A stretch of 63,742 nt of DNA, the filler included, from Phoronis australis (Eukaryota; Animalia; Phoronida): assembly GCA_002633005.1 (NCBI GenBank). It is 7 parts of 6 records of this genome, joined end to end, with 100 filler letters (N's around TTAATTAATTAA, not from the genome) between each part and the next. Parts side by side here need not be neighbours in the genome. Positions count along the whole stretch, not along the records: positions 45,769 to 51,713 come from NMRA01000068.1; positions 51,814 to 58,053 come from NMRA01002194.1; positions 58,154 to 60,802 come from NMRA01003527.1; positions 60,903 to 63,742 come from NMRA01002073.1; 3 more parts are not named here. One strand, written 5' to 3'. The notes under the pieces were generated by a model. The model saw only the letters and a list, made by a program, of their open reading frames with translations, was not told the origin of the DNA and made no database searches. Shown here in pieces: positions 49,759-61,272 of the stretch. Each line of letters begins with the position of its first letter. Within the stretch, counting starts at the first letter, position 1. Both the position numbers and the translations under genes were made by a program.

Positions 49759-49998
49759 AATTGTTATATTCCTACAGGTTTGCTAGCCAGTCTCCCAGAA
49801 GTACTCCCCAGTTAAAACATAGCTACCCAAGCTTGAATAAAACCGAAGTGTTGTGCTCGTCCCTAATGGCCTAAAAGAATACCAGCAGTCTCCAGCCAGC
49901 GGTATAAATAAAACAAACATACGGGGAACCATAAAACTGACGTGTCACAAGACACCACAGAAACATCAAGGACAAATGATATTGACGATTACAACATA
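49759..49998 (+). repeat. Repeat A, second direct copy (3'-truncated)
   Basis: Diverged direct match to 47083-47330. Confidence 0.85.
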
Positions 49999-51713
49999 GT
50001 CTTCATACAGATAGTAGCACTTGAATGTTAGAATGTTTGTTAAACCTCACCGACTTCTAAATAAAGATTATTAGTATTACACCTCCATGTTTTTTGGAAA
50101 GCTATCTTGCACGAAAAATCTGCTTAAATATCGCGGTACTACGACTTGTAGCACTGTGATTGTCTGTCAAGAGAAAACGCCCTAAAACTACAGAAGCCAT
50201 GAAGGGCTATCATGAAACACCAAAAGTATATGGTGGACTAAAATGGCCACCAAAAATAATGGGAACAATACTAATGCATCTACATTAACACAAAATTTTT
50301 ATGCTTCAGCGACATCTTTGACAAAAAATTTCTAACATAAATAGTATACAGTCAGAATGACTAACATTTTTAGCCTAATCTGCATTGTATTTTTTTGAAT
50401 AAAAATGGATTCATGGTTATTTCGGCTTAGGAGATATTTAGGGATTCTTTTGAAGCAGACATAAACCCACCTTCCATCACAACAAAGATTTTTTGTCTAA
50501 GATCATTTACCATTATCAAATTGTTCCTTTGTCAAAATACATTGTTGTTGAAAGAACTACTATTACGTAATGCTTTAGACAAGGCTGTAGAATTTGGCTG
50601 GTTACAGTGTGTGATCAGCGTTCTAAATACACAGTGGATTTGCGGCCAGTAACTTATAAAAGTTACTGGCCCACTGTCACTGGCCCGGTGGACCAGTAAC
50701 TTTCAGATGTAGGTTGTATGTGATCAATGTGGTCTCGTATTCAATTTATTCAAAAAGGGTCTATTGATTAACTCAGTTTGCCTCTCGCGTCTGGAGTACC
50801 AACGATCTTACTTTTGAGCCTCGTGGGCATTAAATCCTCGCCTAGAGTTGATAGCAAAGCAAATAAGGGTTCTAAAGCACATGCACACTTAGTGTAAATG
50901 GAAAAGATTGAGAAAAAGCTAGTTAATTAGGATTCTAAAAGCAGGGCCAGCAAGTTCAGTTGGCAGCCGTGCCAGTAACTTTTCAGACTAACTGGCGTGG
51001 CGGGCCAGCACATTTATTTGCTGAAGTTCGAACACTGTGTGTGACATTCACTGGGGGGCAGGCCTTCATGCAGCGCACTAATGTGGAGGCACTGGCAAGG
51101 ACGCCCAATGTATCATTTGGACGCCCTGTCAATCAGAATTTCTCCAGTTTGGACACCCACATTGAAAGATTACTAAGACTCCCAGTTAATCAAAGCGGGA
51201 AGTTGGCCCTTTCAACTGGGAAAGAAATATACAAAGTATTTAAAATGTTGCAATATTCAAACTATTTGGTAGACATGTCAATCATTAGCAGGTGCTTGGT
51301 TGCCAGAGTGTCTGCTTTCAATAGACTCACATGCCACTGCCATTCTGTACGTTATATAGGGACATGGACCTTGCTCAACTCCAAACTGGTGTTTCAGAGC
51401 TGTAATTTCATGTACTTCATCTTTTTTTAAAAGTACCAAAAGCAAAATAAATGTCATTGTTTTAATAATATGATGTGCCGCAAGAATATCCCCATTTAAA
51501 ATGTTTGACTTTTCGCCTGTTTCATGCTTTTCTATGTGCGTCTAAAATGGAGAAGCAGAGACACCTGTTGTCAATGTATAAACCACACATCATCTGTGCA
51601 TTTTTCATTTGTTGGTTACTGCAGCTTTGATGACTCATTGTACAGAATATAAAGCTAGTGAAGTTGATATAATAAACTTTATAACAGAATTTGACTTGAG
51701 ATGACCAAAAACA

Positions 51714-51813
51714 NNNNNNNNNNNNNNNNNNNNNNNNNNNNNNNNNNNNNNNNNNNNTTAATTAATTAANNNNNNNNNNNNNNNNNNNNNNNNNNNNNNN
51801 NNNNNNNNNNNNN
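51714..51813. other. Artificial contig linker
   Basis: N-run with a central TTAATTAATTAA. Confidence 0.98.
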
Positions 51814-52054
51814 AAGTTGTGATTAAAACTATACGCAAAGCTACAACACGCACAACAAATCTTTAAGTGAAAGCCTGAATAAAAAAATTCCAAGCCTGTC
51901 CGTGTGCTGATGATATAATACAATCAAACCATTTTTTGACAGTTGGCATAACAGAGAAACTAACGTTCATCTATACGGAAGTAGAACGGAACACTCAACT
52001 AAGTCCTGAAAAAATTGCCAACTCAGCAAACGACTTGTGCACACTAAGACTTAC

Positions 52055-52187
52055 CTTTCATCTTATCCCTGATCTGTGAACTATTTCCATTGGCGTCCAA
52101 CATCGTGACACACCGTGCCAGTATTCCTCCGCACAGCGGAAACATGAGTGACAGGTGCTTGTGAATAAGGCTGATCGCTGGCGCAAT
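52055..52187 (-). CDS. HERC1: HERC1 coding exon (absent from the ORF track in this frame)
   Basis: IAPAISLIHKHLSLMFPLCGGILARCVTMLDANGNSSQIRDKMK; tag acceptor, gtaagt donor; in frame with the previous exon. Confidence 0.85.
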
Positions 52188-52902
52188 CTACAGGTAAAAA
52201 TGAAACGAGAATAAACATCAAAACAGAAATACACACACGCGACATTATGGTCATGCAGCATAAAACCTTCACGTCGACCAATTCCAATAATCGTCCTATC
52301 CTGAATTCAACTCTTTCACAGAGGTAGAAAAACACGCAGTATTGCTGTCTAGTTTTTGAAAGGTTAGGCCACTAAACATTTCAGAGTTGAAGTGGATAAG
52401 AAACAGAAATATCATGACGCACTTGACTTTTCTTGTTGAATTCCTTGGTGTCAGCATTTCACATCATCAAACTTTATTACCAGCAGACTGTTGAAAGACA
52501 AAAGCAAATTTTGTTTGTAAACTAGTAATTAGCACAGGCAGCACTGTACATCTTGCCACGAATATACCCCTGAACATGAACAGTGTTTAGGTCTAAGGCT
52601 TTGTTTCATTAAAATCAATCACCATATAATGAAATGGGTCAATTCCTCAGTCATGTAAGATGTGATTTACTTCTCATCTGTATGAGGAACAAGCTGCAAC
52701 CAATTTCGCAGCTGCAAACAGTCTAAATCAAAACTTTGTATGTTACTGAAGACATCCAAAAACCTTCAGCGACAGCCACTTCACTAGTGCAGGTTAGTGA
52801 AGTCACAAGAACATCCACACAACACTAGCAAGATCGTGGAATAACTTGCGCAACACTGACCTCGTTAACACTGGTAACAGCGCCTTTATCTACAGTACGT
52901 AC

Positions 52903-53067
52903 CAGACCCTCGTCGGCTGCGTTGATGTGACAAAAGGCCAACAGGTGCTTCTGTAGAGAGGTCAAGAGGTCATGAAGATGTTCAGGTGGAGCACCACCAT
53001 CTGTTACGACGCTGGGTTGATCAGAGCTTTTGTCAAGATTCTTTCCAAGATCGTTAAATGTCTGCTC
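52903..53067 (-). CDS. HERC1: HERC1 coding exon
   Basis: EQTFNDLGKNLDK...HLHDLLTSLQKHLLAFCHIN; AG/GT flanks, phase 0/0. Confidence 0.9.
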
Positions 53068-54001
53068 CTGAAGAAAATCCAAAGGCATTTGTGAAGGTAT
53101 CTTCACATCCAAGTAATTTAATAAATAAATGTTGAGACATTTTGGCATCGTCGTTTGATACTTCATGTAAACCGCATACTGGTGCCTCAAAGTTAACATA
53201 TTTACATGGTAATCAAGTGAATCATTTTGACGTGGATTAACAAAAAATACATTATCATTATAGATTTTCAGTTTAATTCCTTATTTTGATTTCAGAAAAG
53301 AGTTCATTATTTTACTAGTCTGTTGATTTGATTAACTGTCTATTCACTATGTACCACACAAGGCAGGGTTACCACCCAGGGTATTGAAACTGGAAATTCA
53401 AAAATGGAAGAAGGCCGTTAAGCCGAGAACAAATGTTGAGAAACAAATCTTTTGAGAACTCAGACAAGGGCATTTACAAAAATTATAGTCGATGTCGCAA
53501 ACCACCCAGTAAGGATTTACACTCTTGTCGGACTCGCATGCATGACTGATATAAAAGATAAGTAGGAGACTACGGGCATTTTGCGTCGCGAGTTCGTCAG
53601 GGTGTCACTGGAACTGCTCGTTAATCAAAAACAGAAAAGTTTCTTATATCGGATAAAATTGACGAGATGGGCTTTCACGATGCTACTTTCAAGGTAGTCT
53701 CGATTTTATAAATTGGGGGAGGAGTTAAGCCAAGCATGGGCATTTAAAAGTCAACATTCAGAAATTATGACTATACGCTGAATGTGGGTGTTAACGTACA
53801 AGAATGACAGAGCATCAATCAATGAACAAAGCAACAGAAAAAAGGGTCATTGCAGGTTGCCTGAAACGCGCATCTACCACACTGTAACAGCTGAAGCTGG
53901 CCCCCGAGAGATGGCCTGGCCGACTGCCGTGCCTAAGTACACAGACTGGAGACTGGTGTAAATGGACTAATAGACTTGAGAAAATAATGAGGTTCACTTA
54001 C

Positions 54002-54181
54002 CGCACAAAATCCGAGATTTCTGAGGACAGTCTTCATGAGAATCTCAGGCAGATGGGTGTCATTCAGTTGACACCTCGTTGCACTAGGCCCCGCCCCCTC
54101 GGAGGTGGAGCCAAGGCCCAGGAGTGCAGCTACATGGCTATTGTCTTGGAGACTCGTCAGGATGATACCAAGTTGCATACG
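54002..54181 (-). CDS. HERC1: HERC1 coding exon
   Basis: RMQLGIILTSLQDNSHVAALLG...DTHLPEILMKTVLRNLGF; AG/GT flanks, phase 0/0. Confidence 0.9.
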
Positions 54182-54472
54182 CTGATTAAAGAACAGTAAA
54201 TTTTCAGATTTACAAAATTGACCACTAGAGAGCACTGCATGCTTCAAATTTCATGTGACTTTTGGTGATGTCATCTAAGCTAAATTAGCACCAAAGGAAT
54301 TGATCATCCCTTCATCAAACCATTACACATAGCATTGTAATGTTCAACCATCATAACAGTGATATAAGCTCGACTATTTTTACCTCTTTTGGCCACTTCA
54401 GTAGTTTAAATTCACCACTTAAAATTATAAAAGTGCAGCACCACAAGAAAATGATGTCGGACAAACACCTAC

Positions 54473-54764
54473 CTGCCCACGTGTTAGACTGTCCCACATG
54501 TCTGGTCCCTGCGGCAGCAGAGAATGAAGCAGTTCCATTCTCTCATGGAGGGGAGGCAGGAGGAGGGGAGCACCAATGGACAGTGTTTCCTGCACCGCCC
54601 GCTGGATGCTGTCCAGCGTGCAGGTGTCCATCAAACGGAACAGCAGGTTTCTCATTGGCCGAGCCTCGTCGCCGAGGACATTGTTGGCCACGCCCCCTGC
54701 TAATGCCAACGACAGGTGTGTTGATAATAGCTGCAGACAGAGCAGGACAAATCTATGATGATCC
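54473..54764 (-). CDS. HERC1: HERC1 coding exon
   Basis: DHHRFVLLCLQLLSTHLSLALAGGV...ETLSIGAPLLLPPLHERMELLHSLLPQGPDMWDSLTRGQ. Confidence 0.92.
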
Positions 54765-55365
54765 CTAGAAGACAGAGTAAGGAGAACTGCAATAATACCA
54801 TTTACCAAAGGAATTGCCGTCCGATACTAAATCCAGAATGCAAAACTTGTAAGAGCATATAGCTATTAAGGGAGTTGGAGCAATCCTGAAAGAAAAACCA
54901 CACTCTACTAAGAATTTCGTGATTTTACGTGACAACGGTAACGTTTCCTCAAATTCGAACGCATAACCGAAATTGTAATTATTTCATTCTTAAAGCTCAT
55001 TGCATAGTCAAAAATGTTCAAAATTTCATCGTGTAGTTGTTGAAGATAGTAGCCCTACTTAAAGTTTTCAGATTTTGTATTCCTCTTTACTCTTGTTGAA
55101 AATTTCTATAAAATAAGATTTTTGCCATTTTGTGTTCTAATTGAAGAAATTTTATTTTATTTATTATAATTCTCAAATTCCATAACATTTAGAAGTAATC
55201 CATTCAGTAGTATTCCCCTGCCCAGCTCTCGTGTCCTTGCATTATTATTGATGGCATTTAACCATAAACTGTCCAATGGTACACAAGCGACAAGTTACAT
55301 TACCTTACAAAACAAATAAAATAATCATTATGAACAAGTTGGGAAAAGCAAATCAAAACGCTCAC

Positions 55366-55500
55366 TCTTTAGTTGGGAACGGTGACACGGGCTGGTCATC
55401 ATCGAAGCCAGTGCAGTAGCACTCTAGAAATGTGCGTAACAACGAGAACGTGCCTTCCTGAAGATCGACACAGAACGGCCGGTGCCATGTGACCACTTGC
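55366..55500 (-). CDS. HERC1: HERC1 coding exon
   Basis: QVVTWHRPFCVDLQEGTFSLLRTFLECYC...PFPTK; cag acceptor, gtgag donor. Confidence 0.92.
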
Positions 55501-55800
55501 CTGGAGACAGGGGAGAAAACTCTTGAAATGCACACATTCTGCAGAAGTTGTAGCAACCAGGTCAACATTATATCAAAATTTCAAAATTTTAAACCTCAAC
55601 TTGTTTCTAGTGTTGAATGGCAAGCATATACATTACACAGGTGAATACATTCCATTGTAAAGTCCCATGCAACATTTAATAACATTCATAGTCAATCATC
55701 TAATAAATTAAATATGAACTTGAAGCACAACCAATGGTTGGCACTAAATTTTATTGAAATGTCGAGAGTGATTTGTCAATTTAACACCCGCAAAAGATGG

Positions 55801-55900
55801 AGTGGTCAGCTAAGAGATGCCATGGAAACAAGTGGTCAACATGGAGTTGCCATGGAAACAATTGGTCATCCTGGAGTTGTCATGGAAACAAGTGATCAGC
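55801..55900 (+). repeat. 30-bp tandem repeat (3.3 copies), each unit with an RFX X-box-like palindrome
   Basis: gatgccatggaaac (55816), gttgccatggaaac (55846), gttgtcatggaaac (55876). Confidence 0.8.
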
Positions 55901-56291
55901 CTTGTTTTTTTGGTAATCCAATGTTAGCACGCTAGGTGAGAAACACAATTTCAGTATCATTAATCTTTCTTAAAGCTGGTAGCGCCTCGTTGGCGGAAAT
56001 TGTGCAAGAATTTGAAGTTACTGAATAAGGTATCTTGTAACACAAAAAAGATCCAACACCCACTCAAATATTTCTCAAAACACTGCTGCCGAATTTACAT
56101 GAAGGATAATTTTGGTTCACTGTTGTTTGACTACAGGAATAGACAGTCGCACTGAGGTCTGTCAACTGAGAGTTAATTGTTTACTTAGCAACCAGCAGCA
56201 TCCCATTTTAACACCACATTTACTTTGGAGATTGTAGCCTCACTATCAGTCTGGAAGACCTTGTGCGACAGACGTCGTTACTTTATCTCAC

Positions 56292-56463
56292 CTGTCGGTG
56301 GGCAGACTGGTCCAGGCTAAACTATGAGACGTGCCAGCCGATATCTGGTTGACCGAGACCCCCTGCAGTCCAGTCACTTTACGGGGGGTCACTACTGGGC
56401 TGTTGGTGTGACCTAAGCCACACTGGCCCATGGAGTTGCTGCCCCAAGCGTACACCTCGTTAT
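56292..56463 (-). CDS. HERC1: HERC1 coding exon (RCC1-like repeat)
   Basis: NEVYAWGSNSMGQCGLGH...QISAGTSHSLAWTSLPTD; AG/GT flanks. Confidence 0.93.
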
Positions 56464-57218
56464 CTGAAAAGGGATAGGGACACAGCACAAAATTTTGAAG
56501 GTGTTCAACCAAAAGTGTTCTCATGACTTTCGAGGTATGTAAATTAATATGTCCACAGAATACCTCACACAGCATGACAACTGGAACTAAAATTAGAGAG
56601 GGCTTGAGACAAGCACAGCCATTTAGAAATTATTTTTTGAAAAGCAAGTCGGTGTTCTCGCAACTGGTTGACACCTCGAGGTAACAGCCTGGGGTTGGAA
56701 AGACCGATAACAAAAAAGAGGAAATTTTCAACGTGTTAATGTACTCTTCCACAAATAGACTTGTGTGATATAAATATTTTTTTGTAAAAATTAACTGAAA
56801 TAAACTAATATGCACGAAAAAAGTCAAAATAATCATCGTAAAAACAGATGAAAAAAAACAAAACTAGACATCAAATAAGAGGACATCAAAACCAAAAAAG
56901 GATATCCTCTTAAAAGAGGAAAACATTCCAAGCTCTGGAAATTGCAGTGTGCCAGCCATTTCCAAGAGTCAATACTAAGAATCTTCAGCTTGGGTCCCCA
57001 TTTTGAAAGAAATATTTTCAATGAAATCAGTGCAGCCAGAAAGGAAAATAAAAATGTTTCAACGACAGAACTTGGAGCTGGCAATGATGATAGCCCTGCA
57101 GTAACTTAAAGACGGCCTTATTTTCCAACTTCCGTTAAGGCTTGAAGACAGCAACGGTAGAGTTACGCTTCACTAGAGTGACTAAAGTTTTACATAAATT
57201 ACTTCGCAGAAGACCTAC

Positions 57219-57363
57219 CCTGAGTGAGCGCCAGGCAGTGACTGTCGGCACAGCTGATCTCGACGACTCGGCAAGACTTCAACTCTTCAATGACACGAGG
57301 TCGAAGGGCAATGACGTCGGGAGAGCCATGCCCCAAACAGGGCCCAGAACCAAAACTGAATAC
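57219..57363 (-). CDS. HERC1: HERC1 coding exon (RCC1-like repeat)
   Basis: VFSFGSGPCLGHGS...ALRPRVIEELKSCRVVEISCADSHCLALTQ; AG/GT flanks. Confidence 0.9.
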
Positions 57364-58053
57364 CTGAAGAAAGAGTAGCATGTCCACTGCACATGATTGC
57401 AAATGTTAGAATAGAAAACACAGAGGACATATTCATTTATCATCCCAATATACAATATTAGACTTTTGGGGGTGTAAGGCTGCTAGCACCGTTCATTTAT
57501 TATAAAATGAAAAGTCACGTCCTCTCTTTTTGCCAAGCCTGATCCTCAGACCCTTGTTTCTGCACTAACGAAAGGGTATATCCTGAACTAGGCATTAAGG
57601 AATTTTATTCTATACCCTGTTACCGTGATTTCACGTTTGATCAATATGGCCAAGGTGCTATTTGTACATATCCTGAGAGACAAACTTTTTCGTCAACTAA
57701 AGCAATCCCTCGCTCTGTCACCAAGTGGCTCATGGGGTTCTTAATGGAAGATCTTCAGTCAGAATCGCTCATTAACTTGCACAAAATATTGACAATCCTT
57801 TACAATAGGGATCTTTGCAAATTTTTCAGTACTCCAAAAAGTAATACGAAAACGGAAAGTGCCCTACTAAGCATTTTTTGTTTCAAAGACAAACTTAATA
57901 TACGATCCAGTAGCATTTCATAGCCGCATAATATGGGGGTTGTTATCCTTAAACTCCCAATTTAATTTTTTCATCAGGTCATCGGTCAAAACCTGTCTGT
58001 TTTTCATGAGGTCATCAATTCAATACAAACCTGTCCATTTGAGTTGAGAGCAA

Positions 58054-58153
58054 NNNNNNNNNNNNNNNNNNNNNNNNNNNNNNNNNNNNNNNNNNNNTTA
58101 ATTAATTAANNNNNNNNNNNNNNNNNNNNNNNNNNNNNNNNNNNNNNNNNNNN
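58054..58153. other. Artificial contig linker
   Basis: N-run with a central TTAATTAATTAA. Confidence 0.98.
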
Positions 58154-58892
58154 TTATCGGGTCCTTCTAACAATTCCTTGGGGCAGACACCCCGAACTCT
58201 AGGCACGTGAATATGCCTTCACTCACTTACCCTTCTGACGTATGTCCCTTAGGCTATAAACGAAATTTGTTGAACTCACAACAATGTTTAAAATTAATAA
58301 TTTTCAACGATATTCACTCGAGCTTTTTGTATCTTTGGTGGTTGTTTGCACGGCAACAGTAATGCAGACAACGAAGAGACATCAGAAAACTATTGATTAA
58401 AATGACAGCTATAATTCAAGACTGTTCTCGTTTCATCAGGCATAAATAAAATGACACAGGGTTTCAAGAATATGGAACGAAGGGTCGTGACCCTCTCAGA
58501 TTCAACCAATAACAGTGCTGAAACAGCCTGAGGGCAGCGCCACAGGTATCCGTGTTCTGACCTTGATATCACTTTTCTTTGAGATAAACTTTATTGAGAT
58601 TTTGACCGCAATTTTGAAATGCAATGGGACTGCGCTCATCTTCCATCATGAACGAAGTCATACGTGGATTTTTTGTAGCATATAATGCGCAATTTGACAT
58701 TAAAAGCTATGATTCTGTATGCCGAGCCAAAAGCCAAAATCGCTGAGTCGGCATTTTGAAAAATCCAAGATAGCATTTAGTTACCATGGTTGTAGCGATA
58801 ATTAATCCGCCAATGTTCATGCTTTTATCAAAAAGTGAACAATGTTTCCTTTAACCGCTCCACTGTAATGAAGCTCTATATACTTTTATGCT

Positions 58893-59120
58893 AAATATTT
58901 ATGTAAATCTTAAACTGGCGTGAAAATATAGATCACAAACATTAAGTCTGGTCTGCACGCCACCTATGGGCCACATCACGTGACTTGCACGGTTGCACGG
59001 TTACCAGAAGGTCCTGGGTTCGAGTCCCGGTCAGGGACAGAAATCTTTTCGGACTTATGCTCATTAGGTCACATGGTGTGGCCCATAAGTGGCGTGCAAA
59101 CCAGACCTAAAATGTTTGTG
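58893..59120. mobile_element. Small hairpin element enclosing a tRNA 3'-half, flanked by a 13-bp direct repeat
   Basis: ATACTTTTATGCT at 58880-58892 and 59121-59133; ~54-bp inverted arms 58932-58984 / 59068-59122; B-box ggttcgagtcc at 59017. Confidence 0.7.
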
Positions 59121-59716
59121 ATACTTTTATGCTCGTAAAACTTGGAATATGATCGAGAATACATTCTATAATTGTTCAATGAAGATTACATGACCTCTGC
59201 CAACAACCGTCTATTGGTTGTCACATTATATCGCCCTATCACTACGAAATGTCCGATCACTTGTGAGACATCGTGCATACCTCTGCAAACCCGTCCAATG
59301 CAAAGAATGGTGAGAGAAGCTTTATTTTGAACTATGTACAATCGTTTTTGGACGCCTTATTTTTGCTAAACTACCAAGCAACAGTCAAATAATCAAATTG
59401 GTACAACATAAGGCTTGATTCAAGCAAATTGGTTAATATCCAGTAACCTCTAGGCCTTTCGGTCATTATCGTGTGCCAACTTTTTGTCTGAAAAATAACA
59501 TGGTTTCATCAAAGATTCTTAACGTTAGGTTGGGCTGTCAAAATAAGCCCATCTTTCAAGCAGCAGTGGTGCTTTATTGAACGTGCCGGTGCCACTGACA
59601 ACAATTCGAACAACTGGTGTGGTTAAAATGGTAGGTTATCACTACAACAGACTCACAGCGAATTATGTTTTTAACATAGAAATTTCTTTTCAGCATTACT
59701 TATTTGGTTTCACCAA

Positions 59717-60802
59717 CTAGGACTGAACAGGCTTATTCAAAGGTGGCCTCCTGTTGTTTCTGAATCCCACACCTTCTTCCACAGACGGGGCAGAAGGCGC
59801 AGCGCGTCTGCCGGATGACTGTGCGTTCCTTCGATTTTGCTGAAAATAGTCCCATAGCCCTGCTATCACTTCGCATGCAATTATGCTGTTCGTATTCTCG
59901 CTAATAATTTTCAGAATTAGTACGCCATCTTGTTGGAGATATCTGTCCGCGAATGTTTTGAAAAGTAGTCCATCACCATTCTCAAGTTTATCAGCAAGCT
60001 TCAAGTGCTTTTTAAGATACCGTATTCTGGAGCGGCGAAACATCGTCATTGTCCATGGAAGAACACCGTAGACGCTTAGTGCAGCAACAATAACAAGCCA
60101 AAACCAGAGGAATATAAAAATTTTCTCGCTGAAAAGGTTAATCGGCAATGTACATTGCACAGTGTAGAGGTGCACATTTTCTCGCCCTCCTAAACGTCTG
60201 ATACCAAAGTCGCACATGGTAACACGTGGGAACCTGCGAGACTCGCCCCAATTTTCACCACCCAACAGTTTTGTCATGACTTCAATACCATAGGCCGAAT
60301 AATCAGTTCTCAAAAACAAATTTAACAAAAACAATTGCACAATCACGTTTATGATGTACAGTACCTTCACAAACAAATACACGGCGACAATTTGGTTGCC
60401 ATACCGTCTGCTGCACAACAGGCAACTCTTTGCAAGAATGGATCGAATACGCGCACAACATCCGTTCTTGAAATCGCACTGTCTTACAAAATACCTGTCC
60501 ATATGTCGCACCGCGTAGCGCACGGCCTGTTCTCTCACCTCCGGCTTTAACTGGTCAACTCGTAGCAAGGAACTCACAATCCCGCTGACGTCCAGCCCTA
60601 TGCGACTCGTGAACAGTCTCCAGACAATATGTGGCAAATAAAACACCACTGCCATCGACATTAGTATAAATGGCACCCATTGATAATAGCTCAACTCTTG
60701 CTTTTTTCTATCTGGGAGCTCGATAGGAATTTCTTCTTTCAGTGGGATGTAATATGTATTTGATATCCAACATATATTGTTGATGTATCTCTCATGGTTT
60801 GG
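59717..60802 (-). CDS. Innexin (gap-junction protein), 5' end cut by the linker
   Basis: The open frame extends upstream of the tracked ORF: PNHERYINNICWISNTYY...ELSYYQWVPFIL...RYG...FPRVTMCDF...QCTLPINLFSEKIFIFLWFW...YLQQDGVLILKII. Signature YYQWVP and extracellular Cys residues are present. Confidence 0.97.
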   Translation of the reverse strand, partial: PNHERYINNICWISNTYYIPLKEEIPIELPDRKKQELSYYQWVPFILMSMAVVFYLPHIVWRLFTSRIGLDVSGIVSSLLRVDQLKPEVREQAVRYAVRHMDRYFVRQCDFKNGCCARIRSILAKSCLLCSRRYGNQIVAVYLFVKVLYIINVIVQLFLLNLFLRTDYSAYGIEVMTKLLGGENWGESRRFPRVTMCDFGIRRLGGRENVHLYTVQCTLPINLFSEKIFIFLWFWLVIVAALSVYGVLPWTMTMFRRSRIRYLKKHLKLADKLENGDGLLFKTFADRYLQQDGVLILKIISENTNSIIACEVIAGLWDYFQQNRRNAQSSGRRAAPSAPSVEEGVGFRNNRRPPLNKPVQS

Positions 60803-60902
60803 NNNNNNNNNNNNNNNNNNNNNNNNNNNNNNNNNNNNNNNNNNNNTTAATTAATTAANNNNNNNNNNNNNNNNNNNNNNNNNNNNNNNNNNNNNNNNNN
60901 NN
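60803..60902. other. Artificial contig linker
   Basis: N-run with a central TTAATTAATTAA. Confidence 0.98.
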
Positions 60903-61272
60903 TAAATTTTACGGGGTTTCTTCTGTTGTCACTAAATTGAAAATTCATATTCAAATGTATTTACATGAATCGAAATAGTTGATTATAAAATTTATAATGA
61001 GCTTTGTTTCAGTAAATTACACGTATTTATTGTGACTTTCTAGATGTGCATGCAATTTCACAATCACTAGTGTCAATGTACTCATAGACAGACTTGCTAT
61101 TCAACTTCAGTCAATTAGAAATTTCATAAAATAATTTCAAAGCAAATCACTCAAGTCGAAGCTTTTCCCAACTTTTCTCCAAAATAGATAGAATTGAATA
61201 CAGAATACAGATGATAATGATTTAATATTTTCATTTCTGGGAGTGTCGGCCACACCTTGAATGGTACAGAAC

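Noticed and set aside
54340-54768. Plus-strand ORFs over HERC1, TCF25, innexin and LINE coding regions
   Set aside because: Antisense shadows of real minus-strand coding sequence.
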